The notes under the pieces: generated by a model
Told to the model about the DNA's origin: nothing
What the model saw: the letters and a program-made list of their open reading frames with translations, nothing else
The model's database searches: none
Part shown: one piece after another, positions 37,268 through 47,376 of the stretch
How the letters are laid out: each line of letters begins with the position of its first letter
Position numbering within the stretch: the stretch's first letter is position 1
NCBI GenBank assembly: GCA_963666115.2
Contig: CAXXET010000004.1
Coordinates: 384,001-448,000 of the forward strand
DNA from: Dehalococcoidia bacterium
GTDB taxonomy: Bacteria; Chloroflexota; Dehalococcoidia; UBA6926
DNA length: 64,000 bases
Reading direction: 5' to 3'
Program-made: the position numbers and the translations under genes

Positions 37268-38785
37268 ATGGCGACGTATTTCCCGAGCGTGGATGAGGCG
37301 CGCGCGATGCGCGGCCAGGGAAACATCGTGCCCGTCTGGCGCGACATTCCCGCAGACATGGAGACTCCCGTCACGGCCTATCTCAAGGTTGCGCGGGAAG
37401 CGCCTTCGTTCCTGCTGGAGAGCGTGGAGGGCGGCGAGCGGGTCGCGCGGTACAGCTTCATCGGCACGCTGCCGACAAAGGTCATCCGAACCGGCCCGGC
37501 AACCGACGCCGGCAGCATCGACCCGCTGACGCTGGTGGAGAAAGAGCTTGAGGGCGTCAAGCCGGTGCAGGCGCCCGGCTTGCCACGGTTTCTCGGCGGC
37601 GCGGTGGGTTTTGTCGCGTATGAGGCGGTTCACCATTTCGAGCCGCGCGTACCGTACAACGAAAACCCGGACCCGATGGAACTGCCTGAGTCCGTGTTCC
37701 TGCTGACCGACACGCTGCTGGTCTTCGATCACGTTAAACACGTCATCAAGATCGTGAGCCATGCCTCGCTGGAGGGGAGCGACGAGCAGATAGACGAGTC
37801 GTACCAGAAGGCGGTGGAACGAATCGACCGCCTGGATGAGCGCCTCGAAAGGGGACCCATCGAGGGGAACAGCGTGCTGACGCCCGGCCTATCGGACGAC
37901 TACAGGGGAGAGTTGACGTCCAACCACACGGCGGAGTCGTTCATGCGGCAGGTTGAGGAGGCGCGGGAACTCATCACTGACGGGGAGTGCATCCAGGTGG
38001 TGCTGTCGCAACGGCTGGCACGCCGCACGTCCGCCGCGCCTTTCGACATCTACCGTGCGCTGCGAACGCTGAACCCTTCGCCGTACATGTACTTCCTGGA
38101 CATGGGCGACTTTCACATCATTGGGTCGTCGCCGGAGATGCTCGTGCGCGTGGAGGACGGGACGGCGACGACGCATCCGATTGCCGGGACGCGGCGGCGG
38201 GGCGGGACGCCAGAGGAGGACAACGCGCTCGCGGAGGAGTTAATCACGGATGAGAAGGAGCGCGCGGAACACATCATGCTCGTTGACCTTGGCCGCAACG
38301 ACCTGGGGCGCGTGTGCGAGCCGGGCACTGTGAGCGTGCCGCAGCTCATGGAGATCGAGCGGTATTCGCACGTGATGCACATCGTCTCTACCGTGGTCGG
38401 CAAGCTGCATCCGGATTACACGGCGTACAACACGCTGCGCTCCTGCTTTCCGGCGGGAACGCTGTCCGGCGCGCCCAAGGTGCGGGCGATGGAGGTCATC
38501 GCGGACAAGGAGCCGCACGAGCGCGGGCCGTACGGCGGCGCGGTGGGCTACTTCTCCAATGAGGGCAACATGGACATGGCGATTTGCATCCGCACCATCG
38601 TCATGAAGGACGGCGTGGCAACCGTGCAGGCGGGCGGGGGCCTTGTATACGACAGCGTGCCGCGCGCCGAATACGAGGAATCGCTGGCCAAAGCGCGCGG
38701 GATGCTGGCTGCGCTGGACGCGGGCGAGGACCTGACTATCGACCGTATGAACAGGGCCGCTGCCGGAGTGGCGGGAGGCGCGTGA
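37268..38785 (+). CDS. trpE: Anthranilate synthase component I
   Basis: FLLESVEGG, RYSFIG, NPSPYMY, GSSPE, PIAGT, EHIMLVDLGRND, GTLSGAPK. Confidence 0.96.
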   Translation: MATYFPSVDEARAMRGQGNIVPVWRDIPADMETPVTAYLKVAREAPSFLLESVEGGERVARYSFIGTLPTKVIRTGPATDAGSIDPLTLVEKELEGVKPVQAPGLPRFLGGAVGFVAYEAVHHFEPRVPYNENPDPMELPESVFLLTDTLLVFDHVKHVIKIVSHASLEGSDEQIDESYQKAVERIDRLDERLERGPIEGNSVLTPGLSDDYRGELTSNHTAESFMRQVEEARELITDGECIQVVLSQRLARRTSAAPFDIYRALRTLNPSPYMYFLDMGDFHIIGSSPEMLVRVEDGTATTHPIAGTRRRGGTPEEDNALAEELITDEKERAEHIMLVDLGRNDLGRVCEPGTVSVPQLMEIERYSHVMHIVSTVVGKLHPDYTAYNTLRSCFPAGTLSGAPKVRAMEVIADKEPHERGPYGGAVGYFSNEGNMDMAICIRTIVMKDGVATVQAGGGLVYDSVPRAEYEESLAKARGMLAALDAGEDLTIDRMNRAAAGVAGGA

Positions 38786-39351
38786 TGATTTTCTTGCTCG
38801 ACAATTACGACAGCTTTACGTACAACCTGTACCAGTACCTCTCGGAGCTTGGCGAGGACGTTGTCGTTGATCGGAACGACAAGACGACAGTCGAGAATAT
38901 CGCCGAGATGCAGCCGGAGAGGGTTGTGATCTCGCCGGGGCCGTCGAATCCGGCGAACGCGGGCATTTCCAAGGACGTTGCGCAGCATTTCGGCGAGCGG
39001 GGCACGCCGGTGCTGGGCGTGTGCCTCGGCCACCAGTGCATCGGGGAAGTCTTTGGGGGGACGGTGGCGGGAGCGGGCGAGATCATGCATGGCAAGTCAA
39101 GCATGATTTACCATGACGGCAAGGGAATCTACGAGGGGCTGCCGAATCCGTTCGAGGCGATCCGCTACCATTCGCTTGCGATTCTACCGGAGACGGTTCC
39201 GGACGAGTTGGAGGTGACGGCGCGGACGGACAAGGGCGTGGTGATGGGCGTGCGGCACCGCGAACACCCCATCGTGGGGATCCAGTTCCACCCGGAGAGC
39301 ATCCGGACGGAGGTCGGGAAAGACCTGCTTCGCAATTTCCTGAAGATGTAG
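38785..39351 (+). CDS. trpG: Anthranilate synthase component II (glutamine amidotransferase)
   Basis: DNYDSFTYNL, SPGP, GVCLGHQ, RYHSL, QFHPES; TGATG coupling to trpE. Confidence 0.95.
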   Translation: MIFLLDNYDSFTYNLYQYLSELGEDVVVDRNDKTTVENIAEMQPERVVISPGPSNPANAGISKDVAQHFGERGTPVLGVCLGHQCIGEVFGGTVAGAGEIMHGKSSMIYHDGKGIYEGLPNPFEAIRYHSLAILPETVPDELEVTARTDKGVVMGVRHREHPIVGIQFHPESIRTEVGKDLLRNFLKM

Positions 39352-39364
39352 GCGCGAGGGCACT

Positions 39365-40628
39365 TTGGCGCAAGACACCGAACGGCAGGGCGGAGGTTCG
39401 ACGGCAACGGCGGGCGCTGGAGCGCGAACTGACGCGCGGTCAGCGGCTGACGCTGCTCATCACAGCTGTTGCCGGCCACGGCATCAAGCACCTGATGAAC
39501 GCGGCCTTTGCGGTGCTGCTGCCGGAGATAAAGACCACGCTGGGCCTAACGAACACCCAGGTAGGCATTCTTTCAACATCGCGGTTTCTCGCGGGCGGGC
39601 TGGTCAACTTCCCCGGCGGGATACATCGCCGACCGATTCACGAACCTGCGCGCGATCGTCCTCGGCATCTCGATCGCGGGCATCGGCGTCACGTATTTCC
39701 TCGTCGGCATCACAACGTCATTCTGGCTGGTCACCGTCTTCTCGTCGCTCATGATCGTGGCCATTTCGCTGTGGCATCCGGCGGCCATCGGCTCGCTTTC
39801 GCGGCAGTTCACGTCGAACCGGGGCTTCGCCATATCCCTGCACGGGACGGGGGGGAGCGTCGGTGAGGCAGTTGGGCCGCTCATCGCCGGAGTCCTCCTG
39901 GCCGTTTTCACGTGGCAGTTCATTTCACAGGGCGCGATCATACCGGGGCTGATCCTTGGATTTGCGATCTGGTTGATCCTGCGGCGCATCCCCGCAGACA
40001 TTGGACAAGGCGGCGTCGTTCGGCGACTATTTTGTCGGGGTCCGCAGCCTGTTGAGCAACAAGCGCCTGCTGCTTGTGCTGTTCTTCACCGGGGGCTTCG
40101 CGGGGGCGCAGGCCACCATGTACACGTTCCTGCCGGTCTACCTGCGGGAGGACATCGCGCTGGAGCCGGAAGTCGTTTGGGGTGTACCTGGCGCTGCTCA
40201 ACTTGCCCGGGCTTGCCTCACAGCCCGCGATGGGCTATCTCTCCGACCGCTGGGGGCGCAAGGCCGTGCTGTTCCCGGCGATGGCCTCCCTGGGCGTCTT
40301 CTACTTGCTTCTCGGAACCGTGCCGGGCGGCTGGCCGCTTGTAGCCACGGTTATCGCAGCCGGCCTGTTCTTCTACCCGATGATGGCCATATTCCTGGCT
40401 TCCGCCGCCGACCTCGCTCCATCGGACGTGCAATCGACGACCGTGTCGCTGGTGTTCGGCGTGGCAACGCTCGTCGGCTCGTTCGCCCCGCTCTTTGCAG
40501 GCTACCTTGCCGACGAGTACTCGTTGAAAGCGACATTCTATTTCTGCGCCGCCCTGGTGCTGGCGGCGGCGCTTGTTGCCCTGGTAACGCGATGGGAGCG
40601 GCCGCGCGACCATGCGGCTGCCGAGTAA
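39365..40628 (+). CDS. MFS transporter with several frameshifts (probably sequencing errors; pseudogene not excluded)
   Basis: Consecutive frame pieces give GYIADRF, WHPAA, RGFAISLHGTGG, GYLSDRWGRK, GYLAD; frame breaks near 39415, 39620, 40000 and 40170. Confidence 0.75.
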
Positions 40629-40641
40629 TGGAGCGTATCCG

Positions 40642-41659
40642 ATGATTCGAGAGGCGATTGCACACCTGATTGAGGGCCGCAGCATCTCACAGGCCGAGGC
40701 CGAGCAGGTGATGACGGAGATCATGGATGGCGAGGCGACCCCGGCGCAGTTGGGCGCGTTCCTGATGGCGCTTCGCACCAAGGGGGAGGGCGTGGACGAG
40801 ATCGCGGGGCTTGCGCGGGGTGATGCGCGCGCGGGCGCTGCGCGTCGAGGTGGACGACCCGGATTCACTGCTGGACACCTGCGGCACGGGCGGGGACGCC
40901 TCACACACATTCAATATCTCTACGACTGCCGCGCTTGTGGCGGCGGGGGCGGGGGGCTGCGCGTTGCCAAGCACGGGAACCGGGCCGCGTCGTCCGCGTG
41001 CGGCTCTGCCGACGTGCTGGAGGCGGCGGGCGTGACCATCGAGCTTGAGCCTGAGCAGGTGGCGCACTGCATCGAGTCCGCGGGCATCGGGTTCATGTTC
41101 GCACCGAAGTACCACCCGGCCATGCGGCACGCGGCAGGGCCGCGGCGTGAGATCGGCGTGCGGACGGTGTTCAACATCCTCGGGCCGCTCACAAATCCGG
41201 CGCACGCAGGGCATCAGCTTGTCGGCGTGCCGCGCCCGGAACTCGTGGAGACCATCGCGCGGGTGCTGGGCGAACTGGGCGCAAAGCGGGCAATCGTCGT
41301 GCATGGCGCGGACGGGTTGGACGAGATCGCGCTGAGCGGGCCGTCGATCATGGCGGAGTACCGCGACGGTTCAGTGGCCGTGCGGGAAATCACGCCGGAG
41401 GAGTTTGGGCTGGCGCACGCGGGCGTGGACCAGATACGAAGCGAGGACGTGGAGTCGAGTTACCGCATCTTCACGAACGTGCTCAACGGGGAGCCGGGGC
41501 CGTATCGAGACATCGTGCTGATCAACGCTGCCGCCGCGCTGGTGGCAGGAGAGGCGGCGGATGATCTGGCGGGCGGGCTGGAGGCGGCGCGGGAATCTAT
41601 CGACTCGGGGGGCGGCGCGGGACAGGCTTGAGCGGCTAGTGGCGGCGAGCAAGGTTTAG
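40642..41659 (+). CDS. trpD: Anthranilate phosphoribosyltransferase with indels in G-runs
   Basis: [14 protein letters not shown]; DTCGTGGD and FNIST in a shifted frame; [25 protein letters not shown]; indels near 40818, 40953 and 41608. Confidence 0.9.
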
Positions 41660-41677
41660 GGAGGATTACAACGTCCT

Positions 41678-41724
41678 AGATTCCCGCTTTCGCGGGAATG
41701 ACGAGGGGGACGCGGGAATGACGG
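41678..41724 (+). repeat. Family B (dRS3-like ATTCCC-N8-GGGAAT) repeat with duplicated 3' half
   Basis: AGATTCCCGCTTTCGCGGGAATGAC then CGCGGGAATGACGG. Confidence 0.9.
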
Positions 41725-41736
41725 ACGGGGGCAACC

Positions 41737-41904
41737 CTATAGGAAAAGGGGAGGTTCAGGTTCGAAAACGACGAACCACGTGAACACGACCAGAGTGAAA
41801 ACGACAAGGGTTATGAGAGCAACGAGGAGCCGCCGGCCTGCGAATTTCTTGAAGCTCTCGCCGCCTTTGCGGCGCTCGCCCTCCCGGAACTCCTGGTCAA
41901 ACAT
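41737..41904 (-). CDS. Small single-TM membrane protein
   Basis: 55 aa; charged N-terminus then LLVALITLVVFTLVVFTWFVVF. Confidence 0.55.
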   Translation of the reverse strand: MFDQEFREGERRKGGESFKKFAGRRLLVALITLVVFTLVVFTWFVVFEPEPPLFL

Positions 41905-41935
41905 GGAAAGCCTATCCACAAAGGCGCCGCTGAGC

Positions 41936-42127
41936 TCAGGCGGCGCGGCTGCCGATCATGAGGAGGGCGACGATGGGGAGCGCGGAGATGCCTGCGATGA
42001 TCGCAAGGTAGACGAGGGCGCGCTCAAGGGTGACGGGGCGCCGGTGGCCGTCATGGGTCTCGCGGTGCTTCTGCACCGCCTCCTGGGGGTCCGGGGTGTT
42101 CAGGTGAAACATGTCCCAGTTGGACAT
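41936..42127 (-). CDS. Small single-TM membrane protein
   Basis: 63 aa; RBS GAGGGAGG; upstream TTGACG-16-TATAAT (42193-42166); C-terminal TM helix. Confidence 0.6.
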   Translation of the reverse strand: MSNWDMFHLNTPDPQEAVQKHRETHDGHRRPVTLERALVYLAIIAGISALPIVALLMIGSRAA

Positions 42128-42205
42128 GGAAGCCTCCCTCGCGGCGTCAAGCCGCAATGAATGGCATTATAGACGTGCTCACCTACACGTCAAGGAACTG
42201 CATCA

Positions 42206-43087
42206 ATGACGACGGGCACATACCTGGATAGAATCCTGCCGCAGACGCGGGAGGACCTGGATGACCGCATGTCTTCGCAGCCGCTCAACGAGATCAAGGC
42301 GCGCGCCAAAGACGCGGAGGACACGCGGGGCTACTACGACGCGCTTGCGGAGGACAGGCTCCACCTGATTGCGGAGGTCAAACGGGCGTCGCCGTCCAAA
42401 GGCGATCTTGCGCCGGAGATCGACGCCGCAGAGCTTGCGCGCGTCTACGTCGACAACGGCGCGTCGGCGCTCTCCGTGCTGACGGACAGGCCGTTCTTCA
42501 AGGGATCGCTGGACGATCTCACGGCGGTTCGAGAGGTAACGACGGAATCGGGCACGCCGATCCTGCGCAAGGATTTCGTGATCGATGAGTACATGATCTA
42601 CGAGGCGCGGGTGTGGGGCGCGGACGCCATCCTGCTGCTCGTGATCAGCCTGTCCGACGGGCAGCTGCAGGATTACCAAGGACTGGCAGACGAGTTGGGC
42701 ATGGCCGCGTTGATCGAGACGCACGACGAGTTGGAGTTGTACCGCGCGCTGGACATTACGCCGCGTTTGGTGGGCATCAACAACCGTGATCTACGCACTT
42801 TTGAGACCGACCTGGCCACGACACACGGCCTCGCGCCGCGCATCGGCGGCAGCACGCGGGTCGTTGCGGAAAGCGGCATTCATTCTATCGAGGACGCGCG
42901 CAGCATGAGGGCAGCGGGGGCGGACGCGATACTCGTTGGCGAGTCGCTGATTACTGCTGCGGACACGGCGGCGAAAACGCAAGAGTTGAGTTCAATACGG
43001 ATTCCGCGCCTGACGGGCATGGAGACATCGGTGCCACCGGAGTTCATCCAGGAGTCGATGCCGCAGTTCGGGAGGGGCGGACCCTGA
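42206..43087 (+). CDS. trpC: Indole-3-glycerol-phosphate synthase
   Basis: IAEVKRASPSKG, LSVLTD, LRKDF, GINNRDL, ESGI, LVGESL. Confidence 0.96.
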   Translation: MTTGTYLDRILPQTREDLDDRMSSQPLNEIKARAKDAEDTRGYYDALAEDRLHLIAEVKRASPSKGDLAPEIDAAELARVYVDNGASALSVLTDRPFFKGSLDDLTAVREVTTESGTPILRKDFVIDEYMIYEARVWGADAILLLVISLSDGQLQDYQGLADELGMAALIETHDELELYRALDITPRLVGINNRDLRTFETDLATTHGLAPRIGGSTRVVAESGIHSIEDARSMRAAGADAILVGESLITAADTAAKTQELSSIRIPRLTGMETSVPPEFIQESMPQFGRGGP

Positions 43088-43782
43088 TGGGCCTCGTCAT
43101 CAAGATGTGCGGCAACCGCACGGCGACGGACTTGATCAATGCCGCCGACGCGGGGGCGGATTTGCTTGGGATTATCTTTGCGGACGCGTGGCGGCGCGTA
43201 TCCGTCGATCATGCCAGGGAGATGGTGGCGACGCTGCGCGGCGAGGCGGACAACGTTCCGACGGTGGTCGGCGTGTTTGTGGATCAGCCCGTCGAGGAGG
43301 TGAATGAGACGGCTGAGCAGGTTGGGCTGGACATGGTCCAACTGCACGGCACGGAGCCTCCGGCGTACTGGGAGCAAGTGGAGAGGCCGTTGATCATCGC
43401 GCGGCGCATTTCGTCCACGTTGACGCCGGAACAGGTTGAGGACGAGCTGGGCGTGGTAAAGGAATTCACGCTGCAGACGGGTTCGCTCAGCCTAATCGAG
43501 CCGCACGTGGAGGGAGAGCCGGGCGGGGCCGGGGTCAGCCTGGATTTTGCGCTGGCGGAGCGGCTGGCGCGGCGGCAGTCGTTCATTTTGGCGGGGGGCC
43601 TGGGGCCGGGGAACGTCGGGGAGGCGATTCACGCCGTGCGACCATGGGGCGTGGACGTTTCAAGCGGCGTTGAGACGGATCGCGTGAAGGACCCGTCCAA
43701 GGTGGGGCGCTTTGTGTATGAGGCGCGGCGGGCGGCGGCGGATGCCATCGGCGGGCGCACGGGCGGCGGAGCAGCGCGATGA
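43087..43782 (+). CDS. trpF: Phosphoribosylanthranilate isomerase
   Basis: [29 protein letters not shown]. Confidence 0.93.
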   Translation: MGLVIKMCGNRTATDLINAADAGADLLGIIFADAWRRVSVDHAREMVATLRGEADNVPTVVGVFVDQPVEEVNETAEQVGLDMVQLHGTEPPAYWEQVERPLIIARRISSTLTPEQVEDELGVVKEFTLQTGSLSLIEPHVEGEPGGAGVSLDFALAERLARRQSFILAGGLGPGNVGEAIHAVRPWGVDVSSGVETDRVKDPSKVGRFVYEARRAAADAIGGRTGGGAAR

Positions 43783-44990
43783 CCATCGTCAAGACGGGGG
43801 CGGACGCGGAGGCGCCGGGGCGCTTCGGGCAGTTCGGCGGGCGGTACGTGCCGGAGACGCTGATGGCGGCGGTCACGGAGCTCGAGGAGTCGTACGCGGC
43901 GGCGCGGGAGGACACTGAGTTTTTGGCGCGGCTGGATCATCTCTCACGCACGTACGCGGGGCGGCCAACGCCGCTGACGCTGGCGGAACGGCTGACGGAA
44001 CAGAGCGGCGGGGCGCGCATCTATCTCAAGCGGGAGGACTTGGCGCACACGGGGGCGCACAAGATCAACAACGCGCTCGGCCAGGTGCTGCTTGCCCAGC
44101 GCATGGGCAAGACGCGGATCATCGCGGAGACGGGCGCGGGGCAGCACGGCGTGGCGGCGGCGACGGTGTGCGCGCTGCTGGGGCTGGAATGCGTCGTCTA
44201 CATGGGCGAAGAGGACATCCACCGGCAGGCGCCAAACGTGTTCCGCATGAGGCTGCTTGGAGCGGACGTCGTGTCCGTGACGTCCGGTTCGCGGACGCTC
44301 AAGGACGCCGTGAACGAGGCGATGCGCGACTGGGTGACGAACGTGGCGAACACGTACTACGTCATCGGCAGCGTCGTGGGGCCGCACCCCTACCCTGTCA
44401 TCGTGCGCGATTTCCAGTCCGTCATCGGACGGGAGGCGCGCGAGCAGATGCTGGAGGCGGAGGGTCGGCTGCCGTCGCATCTCGTGGCGTGCGTGGGGGG
44501 CGGGAGCAACGCGATGGGGCTGTTCCATGCGTTTTACGGCGACCAGAACGTCGCGATGGTCGGCGTGGAGGCGGCGGGGCACGGCATCGATACGGGCGAG
44601 CACAGCGCGAGCTTAGGGGCGGGCAAGCCGGGCGTGCTGCACGGGTCGTTCTCGCAAGTTCTGCAGGACGAGTGGGGGCAGGTGACGGAGACGCACAGCA
44701 TCTCCGCAGGGCTGGACTACCCGGGCGTGGGGCCGGAGTTGTCGTACTACCAGGAGACGGGTCGGGCGCGGTTCACGAGCGTGACGGACACGGAGGCGCT
44801 GGAAGGTTTTAAGCTCTTGGCGCGGACGGAGGGGATCATCCCGGCGCTGGAGTCGTCACACGCGATATTTGAGGCGGCGCGGCTGGCGTCGACGCTGCCG
44901 TCGGAGGACATTATCCTGATCAACCTGAGCGGCCGCGGGGACAAGGACCTGGCGACCGTGACAGACGCTTTGGGCATCGACCTGGGCTGA
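43779..44990 (+). CDS. trpB: Tryptophan synthase beta chain
   Basis: [51 protein letters not shown]. Confidence 0.97.
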   Translation: MTIVKTGADAEAPGRFGQFGGRYVPETLMAAVTELEESYAAAREDTEFLARLDHLSRTYAGRPTPLTLAERLTEQSGGARIYLKREDLAHTGAHKINNALGQVLLAQRMGKTRIIAETGAGQHGVAAATVCALLGLECVVYMGEEDIHRQAPNVFRMRLLGADVVSVTSGSRTLKDAVNEAMRDWVTNVANTYYVIGSVVGPHPYPVIVRDFQSVIGREAREQMLEAEGRLPSHLVACVGGGSNAMGLFHAFYGDQNVAMVGVEAAGHGIDTGEHSASLGAGKPGVLHGSFSQVLQDEWGQVTETHSISAGLDYPGVGPELSYYQETGRARFTSVTDTEALEGFKLLARTEGIIPALESSHAIFEAARLASTLPSEDIILINLSGRGDKDLATVTDALGIDLG

Positions 44991-45023
44991 CCGGCGAGCG
45001 GCGGGCATCGTTCATCGGCTCCC

Positions 45024-45141
45024 AAAAAGACGCTACCCCCTGACATTCGCTCGGCCTCGAATGAGAGGGGGCAGCGCAGCGCGGGGAAAGCAGTGAGGTA
45101 CAGTTCACATAGTGACTGCCGTCCCGCGCGCGAACACACCA
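45024..45141 (-). ncRNA. Candidate small structured RNA or leader, convergent with trpB
   Basis: Extended -10 TGgTAGACT (45156-45148), two hairpins and a U5 tract on the minus strand. Confidence 0.35.
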
Positions 45142-45184
45142 ACGGGTAGTCTACCACAGTTTGGGTAGATAGGGAACGGGGGCA

Positions 45185-45239
45185 CCCTTCGACTGCGCTC
45201 AGCGTGAGCGGATTTGGGGTCAGCGTGAGCGGATTTGGG
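45185..45239 (+). repeat. Family C repeat (CCCTTCGAC..GCTCAG) with duplicated 3' part
   Basis: Related copies at 46018, 46422, 48476, 49278 and 52748. Confidence 0.8.
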
Positions 45240-46088
45240 CGGGGGGGGGGTTATGTTCTTCGGGGGTGGCGGGGCGGGGGGCGGGCACGCCTGCGCGCTA
45301 TGCTTTCGCGGCTCATCGGGGGCTGTCTCCTTTCGGTTTGGGGCTTTCTGCCTGGTCTTGGAGGGAACGCATCGCTGCCGGTTCCTGGCTGTTCGTCGGT
45401 TCGGGCCGGTGGCGCGCTTGGGTCGCAGCCAGGGGACGCCTGACGCTGGGCGGGTCTGCTGCGCCTGCAGGCTCCTCGCCCCATGTTGGGTGGTCACGGG
45501 CCTTTCGATGGCGTTGGCCGTGTCCGCCTCCCGCCAAGCGATCACGTCGCCGGACGGGAAGTTCGTCCCTCGCGCGCAACACGCGGTTAACGTGAGCGGC
45601 GGCGGTCCATCCTCGCACAGCCGCGATGCCACTTCGCGGATGTACGGCATGCCCCTAACGCAGACGCCGATGGCATCTGACCCGCGTCGGACGTTGCGCA
45701 GGGCGGCCCGCCAGGGTCATGGCATGTTTTGGGCCGCTACGCGCTCCCGTCAGCCCACCGTCACTGATCGCCCGTGGCCACGAGCAAACCCGTCGTGGTT
45801 TCCTGGCCGGGTATGTTGAGGAACCTTGGCAGCGATGCGTTCTCTTTTCCCGTGCAGGGGGCGCCCTCCTGTGCGCTCCCGGGGATGGTGGCGGCTCAGT
45901 TGCTAGCGTGTCGGGCCGCCGTGGGATGGCTCGATGTGGGTGACTTTAGGACAGGTGTTTGGGGTGCGTCAAATGGTGGTGTCACATGGGGGTGTCACAT
46001 GGGGGCCTGCTCGTTCACCCTGCGACAGGCTCAGCACCCGCCCAATCAGGTATACTCTGCCTAAAGACAGCAAGAGAGGACTCATTCA

Positions 46089-46286
46089 ATGGCCGCCCAA
46101 CAGACAGCGCCTTCCGAAGAACGACTGACCCGCCTTGAGGCCAAGATGGGCGAGCATTCCCGCGAGATTGGCGGCATGCGGCAGGACATTCGCGATCTGC
46201 GGTCTTCGATCGACACGCTGCGGAACATCATCATCGTGGCCGCCATCGGCGCCGTTGTTACTCTCATCATTGGGGCTTTCATATAG
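46089..46286 (+). CDS. Small coiled-coil protein with C-terminal TM helix
   Basis: RBS GAGGA and TATACT upstream; EERLTRLE heptads then IIIVAAIGAVVTLIIGAFI. Confidence 0.7.
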   Translation: MAAQQTAPSEERLTRLEAKMGEHSREIGGMRQDIRDLRSSIDTLRNIIIVAAIGAVVTLIIGAFI

Positions 46287-46465
46287 GGTGCGACCACACG
46301 GGCGAGCGGAGAAGAGGGTGGCTGCGCCGATTGTGAACATGTATAGGGCGGGGTAGGAGAGTTGGGGCTTACTGGGCGTTGCTCATGGCCTGCGTCAAGG
46401 CGGGGTGTCACATGGGGGGCACCCTCGATGGGCTCAGGGTGAGCGGGGGGCTGCAGGCGCGGCAG

Positions 46466-46696
46466 TTAGGATGGTCCGGTTTCCGCCTCGAACGTAAAGA
46501 ACGCGCTGGTAGGAACATTCATGGCTTCGGCAATGGCGCGGATGTTTTTAAGCGAGGGATTACGGATGCCTCGCTCGATACCTGACAGATAGGTTACGTG
46601 GACGCCGGCTCGGTGAGCCACCTCTTCCTGTGTGGCTCCCTGCAGCGTCCTCAGATGGCGTATGTGTCGGCCAAACGCGGCCAAGTAAGCATCCAC
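46466..46696 (-). CDS. XRE-family HTH regulator, restriction-modification controller (C) protein-like
   Basis: FGRHIRHLR..TQEEVAHRAGVHVTYLSGIERGIRNPSLKNI; GTG start at 46696; C-boxes upstream. Confidence 0.85.
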   Translation of the reverse strand: MDAYLAAFGRHIRHLRTLQGATQEEVAHRAGVHVTYLSGIERGIRNPSLKNIRAIAEAMNVPTSAFFTFEAETGPS

Positions 46697-46720
46697 TTGA
46701 CGGGACGCTATCAAGACATA

Positions 46721-46746
46721 GATTATTAGTCCATAGACTATAAGTC
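46721..46746 (-). promoter_or_regulatory. Tandem C-box operators
   Basis: Minus strand reads GACTtatAGTC-tatg-GACTaatAATC, matching the GACT-N3-AGTC tandem layout of C.PvuII-type operators. Confidence 0.75.
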
Positions 46747-46853
46747 TATATGGCGTCATGGGCGGGGCGACCAACACATCCCCCAGGGCTGCCAGCTAAT
46801 CCCAAGGAGACGGTGAGGTCAGCGCCACAGCCGAGGTGGCAGGGGGCATTTGA

Positions 46854-47336
46854 ATGAAGAGGCTACAGGTCTTGTTCCTGGTTGTCTTGGCGAGCATGAT
46901 CCCGTTCGCCGTGCTGGGGTGTGAGGAAGGCGGCGAAGAACCAACAGCATCAACCTTCGAGATGGAGCAACCTACGGTGACACCCGAACCTATTGCGACA
47001 ACTATAGCCACGGCGACGCCTACACCGGTAACGGACAATTCGGCGATGGCGGTACCGTCCATCCAGGAGTATGTGGAGGTTAGAGACGCTGCTATAAGTC
47101 AGGATGGCGACACCTACAGCTTGGTTCTGGTCGTTGACAGGGCAACTAGCACGGAGCGAGCCAAGGAGTTGGGCGATAACTTCGTTAGGATGGTGAAGAG
47201 CTTTGGCCCCGACGATTCACCCGGGCAGGAGATTGGCAGCGGTACCTACGACTACCTCATCGGAATCTACTACCCTGACGGAGAGCAGGTGGCACTCGGC
47301 GCCAAGTCCAGAATTTCGACGCGGATAACCTGGTAG
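46854..47336 (+). CDS. Putative lipoprotein
   Basis: Signal peptide with lipobox VLGC, Pro/Thr linker, small globular domain. Confidence 0.75.
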   Translation: MKRLQVLFLVVLASMIPFAVLGCEEGGEEPTASTFEMEQPTVTPEPIATTIATATPTPVTDNSAMAVPSIQEYVEVRDAAISQDGDTYSLVLVVDRATSTERAKELGDNFVRMVKSFGPDDSPGQEIGSGTYDYLIGIYYPDGEQVALGAKSRISTRITW

Positions 47337-47376
47337 CGGCAGTCCTACTCCCCTCGTGTGCAATATGACTTCGACA

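Noticed and set aside
40810-40960. Programmed ribosomal frameshifting in trpD
   Set aside because: Multiple indels in G homopolymers, also in the neighbouring gene, are better explained by sequencing error; no canonical slippery heptamer noticed.
45105-45943. ORFs 45105..45650 (-), 45235..45819 (+) and overlapping frames
   Set aside because: No recognisable motifs, low-complexity translations running through repeats; at most a decayed gene remnant.
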